From: Octopus sinensis
Lineage: Eukaryota
Assembly (NCBI RefSeq): GCF_006345805.1
Contig: NC_043003.1
Coordinates: forward strand, 117,056,001-117,120,000
Length of the DNA: 64,000 nucleotides
Direction: 5' to 3'
Below are positions 1-13,625 of this stretch, one piece after another (the first letter of the stretch is position 1; every line of letters starts with the position of its first letter). The translations under genes were made by a program, and so were the position numbers. The notes under the pieces are model-generated. The model made no database searches. It saw only the letters and a list, made by a program, of their open reading frames with translations, and had not been told where the DNA came from.

Positions 1-165
1 GGGCAGCGAACTCGCGGTCGGAGGATCGCGGTTTCTATTCCCAGACCGGGCGTTGTGTGTGTATATTGAGCGAAATCACCTAAAGTACCACGAGACTCCG
101 GCAGGGGGTGGTGGCGACCACTGTTGTACTCTTTCACTCCAGCTTTCTCTCGCTCTTTCTTCCTG
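1..165 (+). mobile_element. tRNA-derived SINE, family H (head cut by window edge)
   Basis: Matches the copies at 9424 and 55243 (GGTTTCGATTCCC B-box-like motif, then gaccgggcgttgtg...gagcgaaaacacctaaag...ctgtactctttc). Confidence 0.7.
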
Positions 166-764
166 CTTCTTGTCCCCGACTCCTTACGCAACCGCTGAGC
201 CTGGATGCGCATTCATCCATCCGTCGATGCTCTCGGTGTCGGAGGTTGACCTGCTTTCTCTTCTGCGAGTCTTACGAATAGCAAAGGACAACGTTTCGGA
301 CTTCTCCCACTACAGAGGCGCGATCTTGCGAGCTCTGGGACGAAGAACGCTGCGCTGAACAGCAGCAGCGCTCCTCAACAGCAGAAACAGCAGCAGTGTT
401 ATCGTCATTGTCATCACCATCGTTCTTATTCTTTTTTTCATCATAATCTTCGGTATGAAGAGCAAAACCAGTAAAACAAAAGTCTCTAGATGAACATAAC
501 CATGGCATCATCAAAAACAAGAAACTCAATGCTAATAATAAGAGTACACCCCAACCATGCCATCCCATCCTTTGTCGCCATCAACACCACCTCTACCATC
601 ACCACTTCTACCATCAACACCAGCAGAAAAGAGAAAAAGAAGAAGAAAAAACAGTGGCAGATATGACAGAAGTACATCGGAGTAAATCGTTATCATAGTG
701 AGAAAACAAAATAACCGGAAGACAAACAGTGTAACACGAAAATCAACAGCGAGAAGACTTGTAT

Positions 765-871
765 ATATATGTATATATATGTATGTATGGATGTATATGT
801 GCGTGTATATATGTCTGTATGCCTACGCAAATACATACATACGTACACATATACATACATACATTTATATA

Positions 872-954
<83 letters not shown>

Positions 955-1084
955 GTATGTTATATATGTGTTTTTTTGTGTATATATGCCTGAGTCGATA
1001 TATTTATTATATAGATATATACACAGCTATATCTATAACAATATATACATATATATATATATATGTAATATTTTGTAAGATACT

Positions 1085-1153
<69 letters not shown>

Positions 1154-1160
1154 ATGTATA
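765..1160. repeat. compound (TA)n/(CA)n/(TG)n microsatellite
   Basis: Directly visible dinucleotide tracts. Confidence 0.95.
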
Positions 1161-1271
1161 TATAAATATGTATGTGTCTGTGTATGCAAGAATATTCAGA
1201 TTCCAATACTAAATTTAAAACTTTATCATCAGTTAAATAAAACTTTAGAAGAACCGGCAGCAGCATTAGTT

Positions 1272-1314
<43 letters not shown>

Positions 1315-2091
1315 CAGTAGTAGTAGCAGCAGCAGCAGCAGCAGCAGCAGACAAAACGGAGGAGGGATAGGACGAGGAGTTGAAGAAGAAGCGACATCTG
1401 CAATAACATCAACAGCGATAACATAAACAACCAAAGCAACAACGATAGCAACAACAACAACAACAACAACCTATATAGCATTAGCATAGAGCTAAAGGAA
1501 TATTTTTAAGAAATATCACCACAAAAAAAAACAAAAAAACAAGAAAACAACAACATCAAAACAAAAAAAAACAAGTCTAATATCACCAGCAACCACACTA
1601 AAACAACAATAGCGAGATGGCCATCATTAACATATAGTAGATTGTTTAGATGGTCTTCCCGTCCATTGACTTGCTAATTCTTCACTCCTAGTTAATATTC
1701 CGTCACAGAGAAATCTAATGAAATTCTGACAGCAACTTTTCCACGAGATATTTTCAAGATCTTTTGATCTGTTCGCGAGATATCATTTCTTTTACAATTT
1801 TACCTTGCTTTTCTGTTATTGTGTGTATGTGTGTCTAGTGATGTACGGTTGTTTGCTTCTGTGAAATTTTGTCCTTTTTTTTTTCTTTTCACTTTTTGTT
1901 GTTTAAATGTTATAACTTTTGCGATTCTCTCGATTATTCGTTCTGTAATTCTTACGATTCTGTTTTATTCTATGTACATGCACATGATGGTTTCTCTAAT
2001 CGTGAAAGGACAGAATGATTATGGCAGTTTTCTTCTCACATTTTTCCATGTTAAATGTCAGCATGTGTTTGGTTTTTAACCTAACATATAG

Positions 2092-2148
<57 letters not shown>

Positions 2149-2199
2149 TGTGTGTACGAAATAACACATCTGCGTACAAGGTACATTCATTCCATCTTC

Positions 2200-3344
2200 G
2201 CGTTTACATCCGAAATATGATTTGCTGCAGCAGAGACCAAGGGAAATTTGAAGGTATTAGAAATTAGATGGCTCCCATCAGTATCTTAAGCATCACGTAT
2301 TTGGACCCCAACGCGGAATGGTTTCAAGAAACAATCCAGCAGCGCATTGACCCGCACAACAACTGGGGGTCTTTCTGCAACGAGAAGAGAAAAGAAAACT
2401 GACCCGGTATAAACAGTATTCAACGGCTTTAGTCATATGAGGGGACGGAAGGCGAGGCAAGTAAATGGAAAAGCTGGACAGGGAAATTCTTTGAAGAGTC
2501 AAGGGCTCACGCACAGGATGGCGAGTGATGAAAGGAAACTGGAATGTGAAGATCAAGTACAAGATAAGACTAAAGGTTGCTCAATAAAACTAGACTGATA
2601 GACCATTACAAGGAATTTACACGTTGAAATATCAAATCCCATCGTGTTGTCCTAACTGAAGCTATCAATGTATCGACAAGAGTATTCAAACATGCCTTAG
2701 TCTTGACATACAATATTAGGTCATCCATGGCGACAAAATCTGATATTGTAGACTGTATCTAGTTTCTAAAATTTCCAATTCGGTGGAATGAAATTTCATT
2801 GCAAATTCAAGAAGTGGGTGTGTTGAGCTACTCCAATCAATTTTGATATTTCCACACAGGTTTCCCATAGCTATTAGATTTGTTTACCATTACAACTTAA
2901 TATTATCAGCTCAGTGAAATTATTTGCAATTTAGAACATTTTAAGTCTCTTCAAACTCCAAGAGTGGGGATTTCATATACTTTTGTGATTCGGCTACTTG
3001 TTTGTTAAATTAGTTCGTCTCCAATAAAAATTTCGTCCTACTCATTAATAATATATTACGAGCTCTTTCTTAGTTTTCCTGGCATCTTTTCTCTTTATTA
3101 TTGAATGGTCTCAGTTCCTCTTCGTGTGCATAAATATTATCTACAAACATACGCAATAAGCTCCATAGATTGGTTAAAAAAAATAAACGTCCCGTAATCT
3201 GAGATCTGACATTTTCCACGCTACACCATGGGCTTCTTTTGTCTGCCATTAACATTGGAAGCCACTCAACTTGACGCACCGTGCTTCAGCCTATGAAATC
3301 CAAGGGAATGGCATTTTCTTTCTCTCTCTCTCTCTCTGTCTCTC

Positions 3345-3384
<40 letters not shown>

Positions 3385-4850
3385 TCTCTCTCTCTTATGA
3401 TTGAAAATATTCGTATATATCATCTAAGTCGGTCTGGAGCTTACCAAATCCTATTCTGCTGATTGTGAGATGTTCTGGTCCTCCATGACAAGCCTGGGCT
3501 ACGTATCATGAGGGCGAACAGAGAAGGCTTCGGATTAATGGTAAATAATGCGCTTTATAAAAGCCCTGTAGAGGATCAGCTTTGCTAACTTCAAAATGTT
3601 TGGTCAATGTATGAAAACCTGTACATGATTTCCACGTTGTGACTTGTGCATCTCTAAGTGTTTCTTACTCTCAAATTTGAAGTTACTAGTCTCTTTGAAT
3701 CGTGTAGCGAGAAACAGATCACCGTTGGCTGCAACACACTTAATGGATATCAACGACCGTTGCACATCACACACCAAATAAGCTGTGAGCACAACATAAG
3801 GGAGATGCAAGCTCTTCTCATATCTTGATCTCTTCTATTTGATGGCAAATCATTATGTCTTGGATGGGCAAGTTTTTAGCTAATGATATTATCCATTAAA
3901 ATCATCAAAAGAAAGGGAACCAGAATTTTTTTCAGAAACTTTCCTGCTGCCACAGGAATCTCTTTAAATGGACCCCTTGTGATTTATACAGAGTTTCGTT
4001 TTCACAGATGATGATAATAGCTTTGGCAATCTTATCTGACATGCAGTAATCCAACAGGATACATAACACTTTACCACAATTCACACTAACAAGAAACATC
4101 TGGATTAAATATTTACGTCCATGGAACTCTTCTAAATAAGTTAAAGCTAACGATAGTCTTTTTAGACGAATATTTCAGATACGTTATCACAAGAACATGG
4201 TACCAGTGAAAGATTCTATGAAACATTGATTGAGAAAAATTAGATTATATTAATCTATGCAACGAGTTAACGGTTACTTCATCAACATAACTCGGTGTGA
4301 GAGGCTTGAGGACATGAAGAGCAGTTTTGCATATGACATTTTAAGCCTTACCAGTAAATACTTTTGCTTCCAGTCAGACAGTAACAAAAGCCACAGAGGA
4401 TCTGACGAAACCTGAGTCAAAATGTTGATCTAGAAATATTGAAAGGAACTTTGATTTATCTAACGTCGCCCTTCATGAAGTGTGCAACGTGGGAAGAAGA
4501 TCATATACCATGTTCAAAACTGAAATCATTGGAAACATCCCCAATTAAAACAAGTATTCTGCCACTTCAGCAGTTTTATGGAATTTTAGCAAAAAGAGAG
4601 TTTGCCTAGTGATCTGATTTGCGAGGAAATCCATTGGCCAGTGTTTAGATGCCTGGTTTTAACACCTCAGATTCCTTCCTTCCTTTCAAAACAGAGCTAC
4701 CTCACGCCAAATTTAGTAAGCCATTTCCCAATCACAACGAAGCAGATAGCTCGCCGATCTGGACTGTTCCGTTAAACATTAAGGAAATTCATAAACGCTC
4801 AAAGATTTTTATATGAAATCCAGAAAACATCCCGGTTATGATCTAGAAGA
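2200..4850 (+). mobile_element. very old L1/Tx1-like LINE remnant, interrupted by an R4-type fragment at about 2590-3290
   Basis: Frameshifted remnants appear in the order expected for L1 ORF2: G-N-W-N (about 2530, APE GDWN-like), KASG..YK (about 3520), SGLNI (about 4100), LGV (about 4290). Heavily decayed, so the assignment is inference. Confidence 0.35.
2590..3290 (-). mobile_element. R4/Dong-clade (RLE-type) non-LTR retrotransposon RT fragment
   Basis: Minus strand reads VENVRSQIT..LWSLL..DNIYAHEEE..KRCQEN and MDDLILYVKTKACLNTLVDTL, matching the R4-type motifs ENFRPITCL/EQKGC and YMDDLKLY. Confidence 0.75.
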
Positions 4851-4894
4851 ATCTACTTGTTTTTACCCATTTGTTGGATTTCTATAACGAGATC

Positions 4895-5220
4895 TACTCT
4901 TTTACTTGTTTCAGTCATTTGACTGCGGCCATGCTGGAGCACCGCCTTTTAGTCAAGTAAATCGAACCCAGGACTTATTCTTTGTAAGCCCAGTACTTAT
5001 TCTATCAGTCTTTTTTGCTGAACCGCTAAGTTACGGGGACGTAAACACACCACCGTCGGTTGTCAAGCAATGGTAGGGGGACAAATACAGACACACAAAC
5101 ATATACACACATATATATATATACATATATACGACGGGCTTCTTTCAGTTTCCGTCTACCAAATCCACTCACAAGGCTTTGGTCGGCCCGGGGCTATAGT
5201 AGAAGACACTTGCCCAAGGT
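4895..5220 (-). mobile_element. SINE family A (tRNA/CORE-like), 5' truncated
   Basis: tactcttttacttgtttcagtcatttgactgcggccatgctggagcaccgcc tail and internal (TA/CA) tract, shared with more than 15 copies in the window. Confidence 0.9.
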
Positions 5221-5430
5221 ACTTAGAACTGAAAAGGAAGTACATTCACATCAGTACTTAAGACTCTCCAAATCTATGAGTCTTAACAGAATTGCATTTC
5301 ATATAATTCAATCCGTTCTTTAGAATCTAAACGGCTTCCTCAAAGACAACATTATAGCAGATCTTTTCGAAATACAGGTTGATTTACTCGTCAGTTATCA
5401 CATAATTTGGGGTACTTTCGTTTCAGACAC

Positions 5431-5602
5431 AGGCGCAGGAGTGGCTGTGTGGTAAGTAGCTTGTTAACCAACCACATGGTTCCGGGTTCAGTCCCACTAC
5501 GTGGCACCTTGGGCAAGTGTCTTCTACTATAGCCTCGGGCCGACCAATGCCTTGTGAGTGGATTTGGTAGACGGAAACTGAAAGAAGCCTGTCGTATATA
5601 TG

Positions 5603-5633
<31 letters not shown>

Positions 5634-5850
5634 ATGTGTTTGTGTGTCTGTGTTTGTCCCCCTAGCATTGCTTGACAACCGATGCTGGTGTGTTTACGTC
5701 CCCGTCACTTAGCGGTTCGGCAAAAGAGACCGATAGAATAAGTACTGGGCTTACAGAGAATAAGTCCCGGGGTCGAGTTGCTCGATTAAAGGCGGTGCTC
5801 CAGCATGGCAGCAGTCAAATGACTGAAAACAAGTAGAAGAGTAAAGAGTA
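5431..5850 (+). mobile_element. SINE family A, full length
   Basis: A box TGGCTGTGTGG, B box GGTTCAGTCCC, CORE-like ccttgggcaagt, internal microsatellite and (aaagagt)n tail. Confidence 0.92.
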
Positions 5851-5944
5851 TATATTAATACATCAATAGACGTGTTACTTCCGGCCAGGTTACGTCTTGA
5901 AAATCGATAGTATGGAAACTTTACAGCTGTTATTATTACTATTA

Positions 5945-6325
5945 TTAAGTCGGCGTGCCGACAGAATCGTTGGCACGCCGGGCAAAATGCTTAGCGGAAT
6001 TTCGTCCGTCTTTACTTTCGGAATTCACATTCCGCCGAGGTCAACTTTGCCTTTCATTCTTTCGGGATCAACAAAATAAGTAGCAGATGCTCCCTGCGAT
6101 CGATGGAATTGACTTACACACTCTCCCAAATTTCCAAGACTTGTGATTAGAGTAGAAAAAAAATAATTACGATTATTGTTATTATTATCTAGTCGACGAG
6201 TCGGCAGAAAGGTTATCACGCCGAGCAATATGCTTAGCGGCATTTTATCTGTCTCCAGAGTTCAAATTCCGCCGGGGTCGACTTTGCTATTCATCCTTTC
6301 AGGGTCGATGAATGAAGTACCAGTT
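5945..6325 (+). mobile_element. two diverged SINE family B copies
   Basis: ggcagaa..gttagcacgccgggcaaaatgcttagcgg..ttcaaattccgccgaggtcgactttgcctttcatcctttcggggtcga consensus. Confidence 0.75.
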
Positions 6326-6654
6326 TTCACCGTTTCTGCAGTTCTGTTGCATCTTCTGTTGTTGCCGCCGTTATTCTTAATATTTTCAATTTTTATTTTC
6401 CCTGTGTGTTTGTAAAGCTATGCTGCATTCAATGTTGATGTGTTCATTTAAAGGCTTCGCTGACATATTCAAGATTGTATGCATGTCAGCACGACGTGTG
6501 TGTTTAGGTGTGTGCAACTATGACTGATATACGTTTGTGATTCGTTCTTTAGGATTTGCTTTGGAGGCATATGACGGTTCCTATAAGGAACTTTGTGTTC
6601 TTGCGCAACAATACGAAGATATGTATGCCATACATTCAAACACGTGCATTTATA

Positions 6655-6666
6655 TATATATAAACG

Positions 6667-6741
<75 letters not shown>

Positions 6742-6757
6742 TGGTAGATAGATATAC

Positions 6758-6788
<31 letters not shown>

Positions 6789-6922
6789 ATATATATATAT
6801 ATATACGCACACACACAGACGCACATAAATATAGACAGAGATAGAATGAGAGACAGAGAGGAGATCTATATATATATATATATGTTTGTACATATATATA
6901 TATATATACATATATGTATATA

Positions 6923-6969
<47 letters not shown>

Positions 6970-7118
6970 ATATTATATATATATATATATACATACATGC
7001 ATATATGTTATATATTTATATATGTACACGTATATATGTGGGTTTGTGTGTGTGCGTATCGATATATATATATATTATATATAAATATATATGTATTTAT
7101 ACATTCATATAAGTATAC

Positions 7119-7165
<47 letters not shown>
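6655..7165. repeat. (GATA)n and (TA)n microsatellites
   Basis: Directly visible. Confidence 0.95.
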
Positions 7166-7168
<3 letters not shown>

Positions 7169-7209
7169 CGGGAAGTTTGAAATTTATAAATGTATAAATA
7201 TACAAATAC

Positions 7210-7248
<39 letters not shown>

Positions 7249-8824
7249 TATATATATGTGTGTGTGTGTGTAGATTTATTTGTATATTTATACATTTATA
7301 AATTTCAAACTTTACCTTTTGAAACATGTTTCGTTGTATATTTTTAAATATTTACTAAATATCAGGTTTCGCTTTTATTTCCTCTAAACGCAATCTATAT
7401 TTTCTTCCCAAAATTATTCCATGGATATTTATGGTATATTTATTTTATTTGAACATGATGCCAAAATATATGTTTCAACATTTTATTTTTTTTTGCCATT
7501 ATTTATTTGTATTCTGCTTACGAACGCATTCATCTCATCGATAGTCATCTGAAAATGTCAAGCCATTTCATATTATCATCGAAATCAGGGGAGAAAAATG
7601 GCTGTGATGAATTCGCAACGTCAAGCTATCTCATGACTGCTAAATGCTTATTTTTACTTCTTTATATTAATTATGTATTTAATTTGTTTATATTTTAATT
7701 ATCTCATATTTCAAGTATTTCGTTTATTATAATATATGATATATCTCTGTCCCTATCTCCGTGTGCCGTTATGTATTCCATTCCATATGTTGTGTGTGTG
7801 TATGGGCCCCACCCGTTTTCTCTTGCATTCTCTGGCATTCTTTCATTCCAACAACAAATCTTAAGCTTGTATCATCCAAGTAACAAATGATATATTTGAC
7901 CTGCTGAATCTCATAGCTAAATATGACCAGAATTGCTTCTATGTTTGTTTAGCAACAAATACATCGGAGGCAACAGAGACTCAATCATTTTCCGAAAAAA
8001 AAAAGCAATTTTAAAACTCTCTTAGAGATACGTATACCTCGGAAAAAGAAGACATGGTCACGGTTGGAAGATCTTTGATCAGAGACAACTTGAAGCAAGT
8101 TTCACTTCTGTTTAAACATTGTCATAATCATCATCAACAAAAACAACAACAACCTATACCGTGGCTATGTGGTTAAAAATCTGCTTCTTAGCAACACTGT
8201 CCTGGGTTCGATCTCATCGCGTGGCGCTTTGAAAAGTGTCTTCTAATATAGCCCCAGGTCAACCTAAGCCTTGTGACGGATTTCGCTGACGGAAACGAAA
8301 AGAATCTCTACGTATACATATGTGTGTTTTTGTAACTGTATGTGCGTATGTGTGTATGTGTGTGTGCGTGTGTGTAACTATATTCTATCTCTTTTTCTCT
8401 TTCTTTCTTTCTCTCCTTTTTTCTTTCTCCCTCTCTTTCATTCTCTTCCTCTTTCTTTCTCTCTCTCTCTCTTTCTTTCTCGCTCCCGCTTTCTTTCTCT
8501 CTCTTTCGTTCTCCCTCTCTCTTTCTTTCTCTCTCTCTCTCTCTCTCTCTCCTTTTATTTATGTATCTATCTACTCTGAAACACACATCACACACACACA
8601 CACACACTCCTTTTCTTATTTTCTTCTCACTTACTTTCTTGCTCTCTCTCTCACTCTTTATCAAACTTTTCGGCCATCTTATCATTCTTTGATGAGTAAA
8701 CTATAAATAGGTGTGCAAACCCCCATCAAACTTTCCAGTCATGACTTGTTCGAAGACCCTCCCTATCTACAAGTGAAACTCAGAGTAGCAAGTAGCCGAC
8801 TCAACCCTTATACACACACACACA

Positions 8825-8869
<45 letters not shown>

Positions 8870-9122
8870 ATAAATATTAGGGAATAAGTCCAAATTTACA
8901 GGGAAAAATCAGATTTATGATTGAATCCAATTTTATAGTAAAATATAATATAATATTAATTAGAGACAAAACCACTATTATGCAAATCAAACAAAGAAAG
9001 ACTTAATCCAATACATTAAAAATTTTATATAAATTAAATATAATTAAGATTAATTAAGATATCCACTACGATCGTTTCTTGTCACTTCAATGGACATTCA
9101 TCAGGTGGTTTTCAAGACCAGA
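8870..9122 (-). mobile_element. short Penelope-like (pLTR-type) element with a type I hammerhead motif at 9063-9108
   Basis: Minus strand: CCAC-CUGAUGA-AUGUC cauugaagu GACAA-GAA-ACGAUCGU-A-GUGG. Flanked by (TA)n and (TC)n(TA)n. Confidence 0.7.
9063..9108 (-). ncRNA. minimal type I hammerhead ribozyme motif
   Basis: Intact CUGAUGA/GAAA core, 4-bp stem I (CCAC/GUGG), stem II UGUC/GACA, palindromic stem III ACGAUCGU, cleavage triplet GUA. Confidence 0.75.
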
Positions 9123-9229
<107 letters not shown>

Positions 9230-9388
9230 TATATATATATATATTATATATATATATTAAGGTATGTAGAAAAATACAACATGGACAAGAACGTATAACT
9301 CATAGAAGACGATACAATAAACATGGACAGGACATTCGAACCCCTCAGTCTTCAGTCAAGAACCGGATCATCGTAGTAATTTCGGCTG

Positions 9389-9422
<34 letters not shown>

Positions 9423-9423
9423 A

Positions 9424-9672
9424 TGGAGGCGCAATGGCCCAGTGGTTAGGGCAACGGACTCGCGGGCGTAGGATTGCGGTTTCGATTCCCGGACCGGGCG
9501 TTGTCAGTATTTCTTGAGCGAAAACACCTAAAGCTCCAAGAGGTTCCGCTGTACTCTTTCGCCACAACTTTCTCTCACTCTTTCTTCTGTTGGCCTGCCT
9601 GCCTAGCCAGCGGGGTGGCGTCATTTGAAGGCTAAAATACAATGCGAAGCGCATTGTGACCAGCGATGTGTT
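9424..9672 (+). mobile_element. tRNA-derived SINE family H
   Basis: ggaggcgcaatggcccagtggttagg (A box) and ggtttcgattccc (B box). Similar to 55243-55490 along its length. Confidence 0.8.
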
Positions 9673-9835
9673 TCCACTCTTCTCACACCAGACAACTCAC
9701 GCGGATGGTTCGAACAGACGACGAAGGAGCACAGTCATCTCGAATATAGCAAAATTGTTTCCAGTTATGTTAGGCATGTCACATACTGCTGTATCAGTAG
9801 TTTGCAGTAAACGCCAAGCACTATATCTTTCTCAG

Positions 9836-10076
9836 TAGAGTAATCCCACGCCATATCGCGGTTCACCTATCGCGGTTCGCCTATCGCGGTTTATTATTTA
9901 AGCTTACGTCGATTCCTCCTTGGTATTGTTTTGCATTTATAATAAAATAAATATATACAAATTATAGAAATGATTTTAAAAAGTATATACAGTACAGTAC
10001 TGTTTCTACTTCGTGGATTTTCACTTATCGCGAGGGTTTGGAACGTAACAACCGCGATAGTCAACGGGTTACCCTA
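9836..10076. mobile_element. Tc1/pogo (Tigger-like) MITE
   Basis: Imperfect TIRs tagagtaatcccacgccatatcgcggt / accgcgatagtcaacgggttacccta, bounded by TA. Confidence 0.6.
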
Positions 10077-10541
10077 CGTAATTATTACTGTTGTTATCTG
10101 TAAAAGATCAGCGTAATTGTCTGTATGTGCGATAATAAGATATTCTGTTAAATTTTTAGCAAGTGTTGTTCAGTTACTTCTTCACGCAGCGCAACAAACG
10201 TATTTCTATTCATCAAATCATCCAGTCGCCATCACAGACCTGCCAACAACAAACAATCAAGTGATACCTTCATTCTGATAAAACTTTTTATAGTAAACCA
10301 TCTTGTTAAGTCGCCTGTCTGCGCTTGGAGCATAAAGAGCAGCTGTGAGTACTTCAAAACATTTTGACGAAGGTCTTAAAGAATTCTGTTTTTATCTGGT
10401 AGATATTTTCTAGACATAGAAACTCGGAAACAAAACTTGCCCTCAGCAGGATTTGAAATCAGAACGTTAAGAGTCACCGCAGATACCAGATTGGTTTTTG
10501 TGGCGATTCTGTCACCACTGGCTTAAATAAATGAAAGGACA

Positions 10542-10942
10542 TTACTCTTTTACTCTTTTACTTGTTTCAGTCATTTGACTGCGGCCATGCTGGAGCACCG
10601 CCTTTAGTCGAGCAATTCGACCCGGGACTTATTCTTTGTAAGCCCAGTACTTATTCTATCGGTTTCTTTTGCCGAACCGCTAAGTGACGGGGACATAAAC
10701 ACAACAGCATCGGTTGTCAAGCGATGCTAGGGGGACAAACACAGACACACAAACACGCACGCACATATATATACATATATATACATATATACGACGGGCT
10801 TCTTTCAGTTTCCGTCTACCAAATCCACTCACAAGGCTTTGGTCGGCCCGAGGCCACTTGCCCAAGGCGCCACGCAGTGGGACTGAACCCGGAACCATGT
10901 GGTTGGCAAGCAAGCTACTTACCACACAGCCACTCCTGCGCC
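10542..10942 (-). mobile_element. SINE family A, full length
   Basis: Reverse complement of the 5431-5850 consensus. Confidence 0.92.
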
Positions 10943-11089
10943 TATATATTAAAAAAAAACTCCTTTAAACGTTAAGTAGTTATCGCTGGAATGTCTTTTG
11001 ATGAGGACTGACCAAGGGTTTCACAACAACAACAGCAACAGCAATAACAACTCCAATTGCAATACCTGTTTCAAATTTTGACACAAGGC

Positions 11090-11280
11090 CAGCAATTATG
11101 GGAGGAAGTGGTAAGTCGATTACATGGACACCAGTGCTCAATTGGCACTTATTTTATCGACCCCGAAAGGATGAAAGGCAAGCTCAACATCGATGGGATT
11201 TGAACTCATAGCGTGAAGACGAGCGTAAATGCCGCTAAGTATATTGTACGGCGCGCTAACGATTCTGCCAGCTTCCCGTC
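11090..11280 (-). mobile_element. SINE family B, diverged
   Basis: Matches the family B consensus. Confidence 0.75.
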
Positions 11281-11517
11281 TAAATAACAACACCAGCAAC
11301 AACAACAACAACAACAGCAGCAGCAGCTTCAACAGCAGCAACATCAACAATAATAATACTAGACAAGGTCCCCAACTTCTTGTTGAAACACCTCACCAGT
11401 ACTCATACCCACTTAGCAGCAGCGTTCAATTTATTGATAAGTGAGCCAGAATCAACACCAGACTGGATGCTGGAAGGACAAGCTACCCTAATTCCCAAAA
11501 GCAAAGACGCCGTATAC

Positions 11518-11760
11518 CTATTTCTTTACTACTCACAAGGGGCTAAACACAGAGAGGACAAACAAGGACAGACAAACAGATTAAGTTGATTATATCGACC
11601 CCAGTGCGTAACTGGTACTTATTTAATCGACCCCGAAAGGATGAAAGGCAAAGTCGACCTCGGCGGAATTTGAACTCAGAACGTAACGACAGACGAAATA
11701 CCACTAAGCACTTAGCCCGGTGCGCTAACGTGTCTACCAGCTCACCGCCCTGTCTACCAG
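11518..11760 (-). mobile_element. SINE family B nested in the R4 element
   Basis: Full consensus match. Approximate 12-bp TSD acgccgtatacc / atgtcgtatacc, differing by two C/T transitions. Confidence 0.88.
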
Positions 11761-13148
11761 CTCACCGCCATGTCGTATACCGACGTGATTACAGACCAAT
11801 GACATGCCTATCAACATCCTACAAGGCCCTAACATCAGTCATCTATAACCGGCTTATAAAGCACCCGGAAAAGAACAATGTCTTACCAGAAGAGCAAAAA
11901 GGGTGCCGGAGGGGGGTGCATGGCCGTCAGGAGCAAACTGGTAAACCGAGCAATCATAAAGGACTGTAAGAGGAGAAGGACACACTTGAACATGACTTGG
12001 ACTGATTACCAGAAATCATTCGACAGTGTTCCACACTTATGGATATTGGAAAATCTCCACATAAATAAGTAGCCCTACCACTAGTAGAATATATTTAACA
12101 TGCAATGGCAAACTGGAAAATCAGTATAACATTAAAAAATGATTCACAAGTTATTAAAACCTACCTTATACCTACAAGAAGAGAGAATTTCCAGGGAGAG
12201 TCATTGTCACCCCTGCTCTTCTGCCTTTCTCTGACCCCGCTAATAGACTTGTTAAACGAAACTACCATGGGTTATAAGTGCTATAGACCAAATAGAAACC
12301 ATCACCTGTGCATGGATGGCCTAAAACTTTACGCTAAAAGCACCATGGAACAGAGGAAACCTTATTAAAAATTTCAGAGTTTCAGAAATGACATCAGAAT
12401 GAGGATGGGGCTGGAGAAATGTGCCAGAGGCACACTCAGAAGAGGCACATTAATCAACACTGATGGCACTGCACTCGACATAGACACAGAAAATGGAGAA
12501 TTAGATCACAATCGCCCATACAAATATCCAGGAATAGATGAAACAGCTATAATACAACAGACAGAAATCAAAGAGAAAATTGGGAGAGAGTACTACAGAA
12601 GAGTTAGACTAATAGTAAACACTGAACTTAAAGCTAAAAATAAGACAATTGAGATAAACACATTAGCCATACCAGTCATAAATGATAGCTTTGATAAACT
12701 GGAGGACCAGTGCAGTGAGAAGCCTACATAGAACACCCAGAAAGCTACTAACAGTTTATCGAAGTCACCAGCCCAAAGCTGACGCAGCCAGAATATATCT
12801 ACCCTTCGCAGAAGGAGGCCGTCGCCTGATAAAAATAGAAAACCAGTATAAAATAAGAACAGTTGGACTAGCAAAGTATTTAGTAACTAAAAGAGAAAGA
12901 CTGCTGCATGTAGTAAAGCAACAAGAGAAAGAGAAAACGCTCTGCTTTATACAGAAGGAGGCGACAAAATGCAAACCGAAAGCAAACTACACAGACAACA
13001 ATGGCTCAAAAGCTCTCGACTAAAAGCCAAAGGACTGATTCTCGGTGCACAAGGTCAATGCCTGACTACAAACAATTATAAAAACAAAACAATGAAAACA
13101 AGTCTCAATACCAAATGCAGAATGGGCAAACAACACAATGAGACAGAT

Positions 13149-13320
13149 AGGCACAGGAGTGGCTGTGTGGTAAGTAGCTTGCTTACCAACCACATGGTTC
13201 CGGGTTCAGTCCCACTGCATGGCATCTTGGGCAAGTATCTTCTGCTATAGCCCCGGGCCGACCAATGCCTTGTGAGTGGATTTGGTAGACGGAAACTGAA
13301 AGAAGTCTGTCGTATATATG

Positions 13321-13399
<79 letters not shown>

Positions 13400-13625
13400 G
13401 TATGTGTGTGTATATGTTTTTGTGTCTGCGTTTGTCCCCCTAGCATTGCTTGACAACCGATGCTGATGTGTTTACGTCCCCGTAACTTAGCGGTTCGGCA
13501 AAAGAGAACGATAGAATAAGTACTGGGCTTACAAAAAATAAGTCCCGGGATCGATACGCTCGACTAAAGGCGGTGCTCCAGTATAGCCGCAGTCAAATGA
13601 CTGAAACAAGTAAAAAGAGTAAAAA
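13149..13625 (+). mobile_element. SINE family A nested in the R4 element
   Basis: Full consensus. Splits the KCRM..NET / VDHIISGC zinc-knuckle coding region. Approximate TSD gagacaga/gagacagt. Confidence 0.92.
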
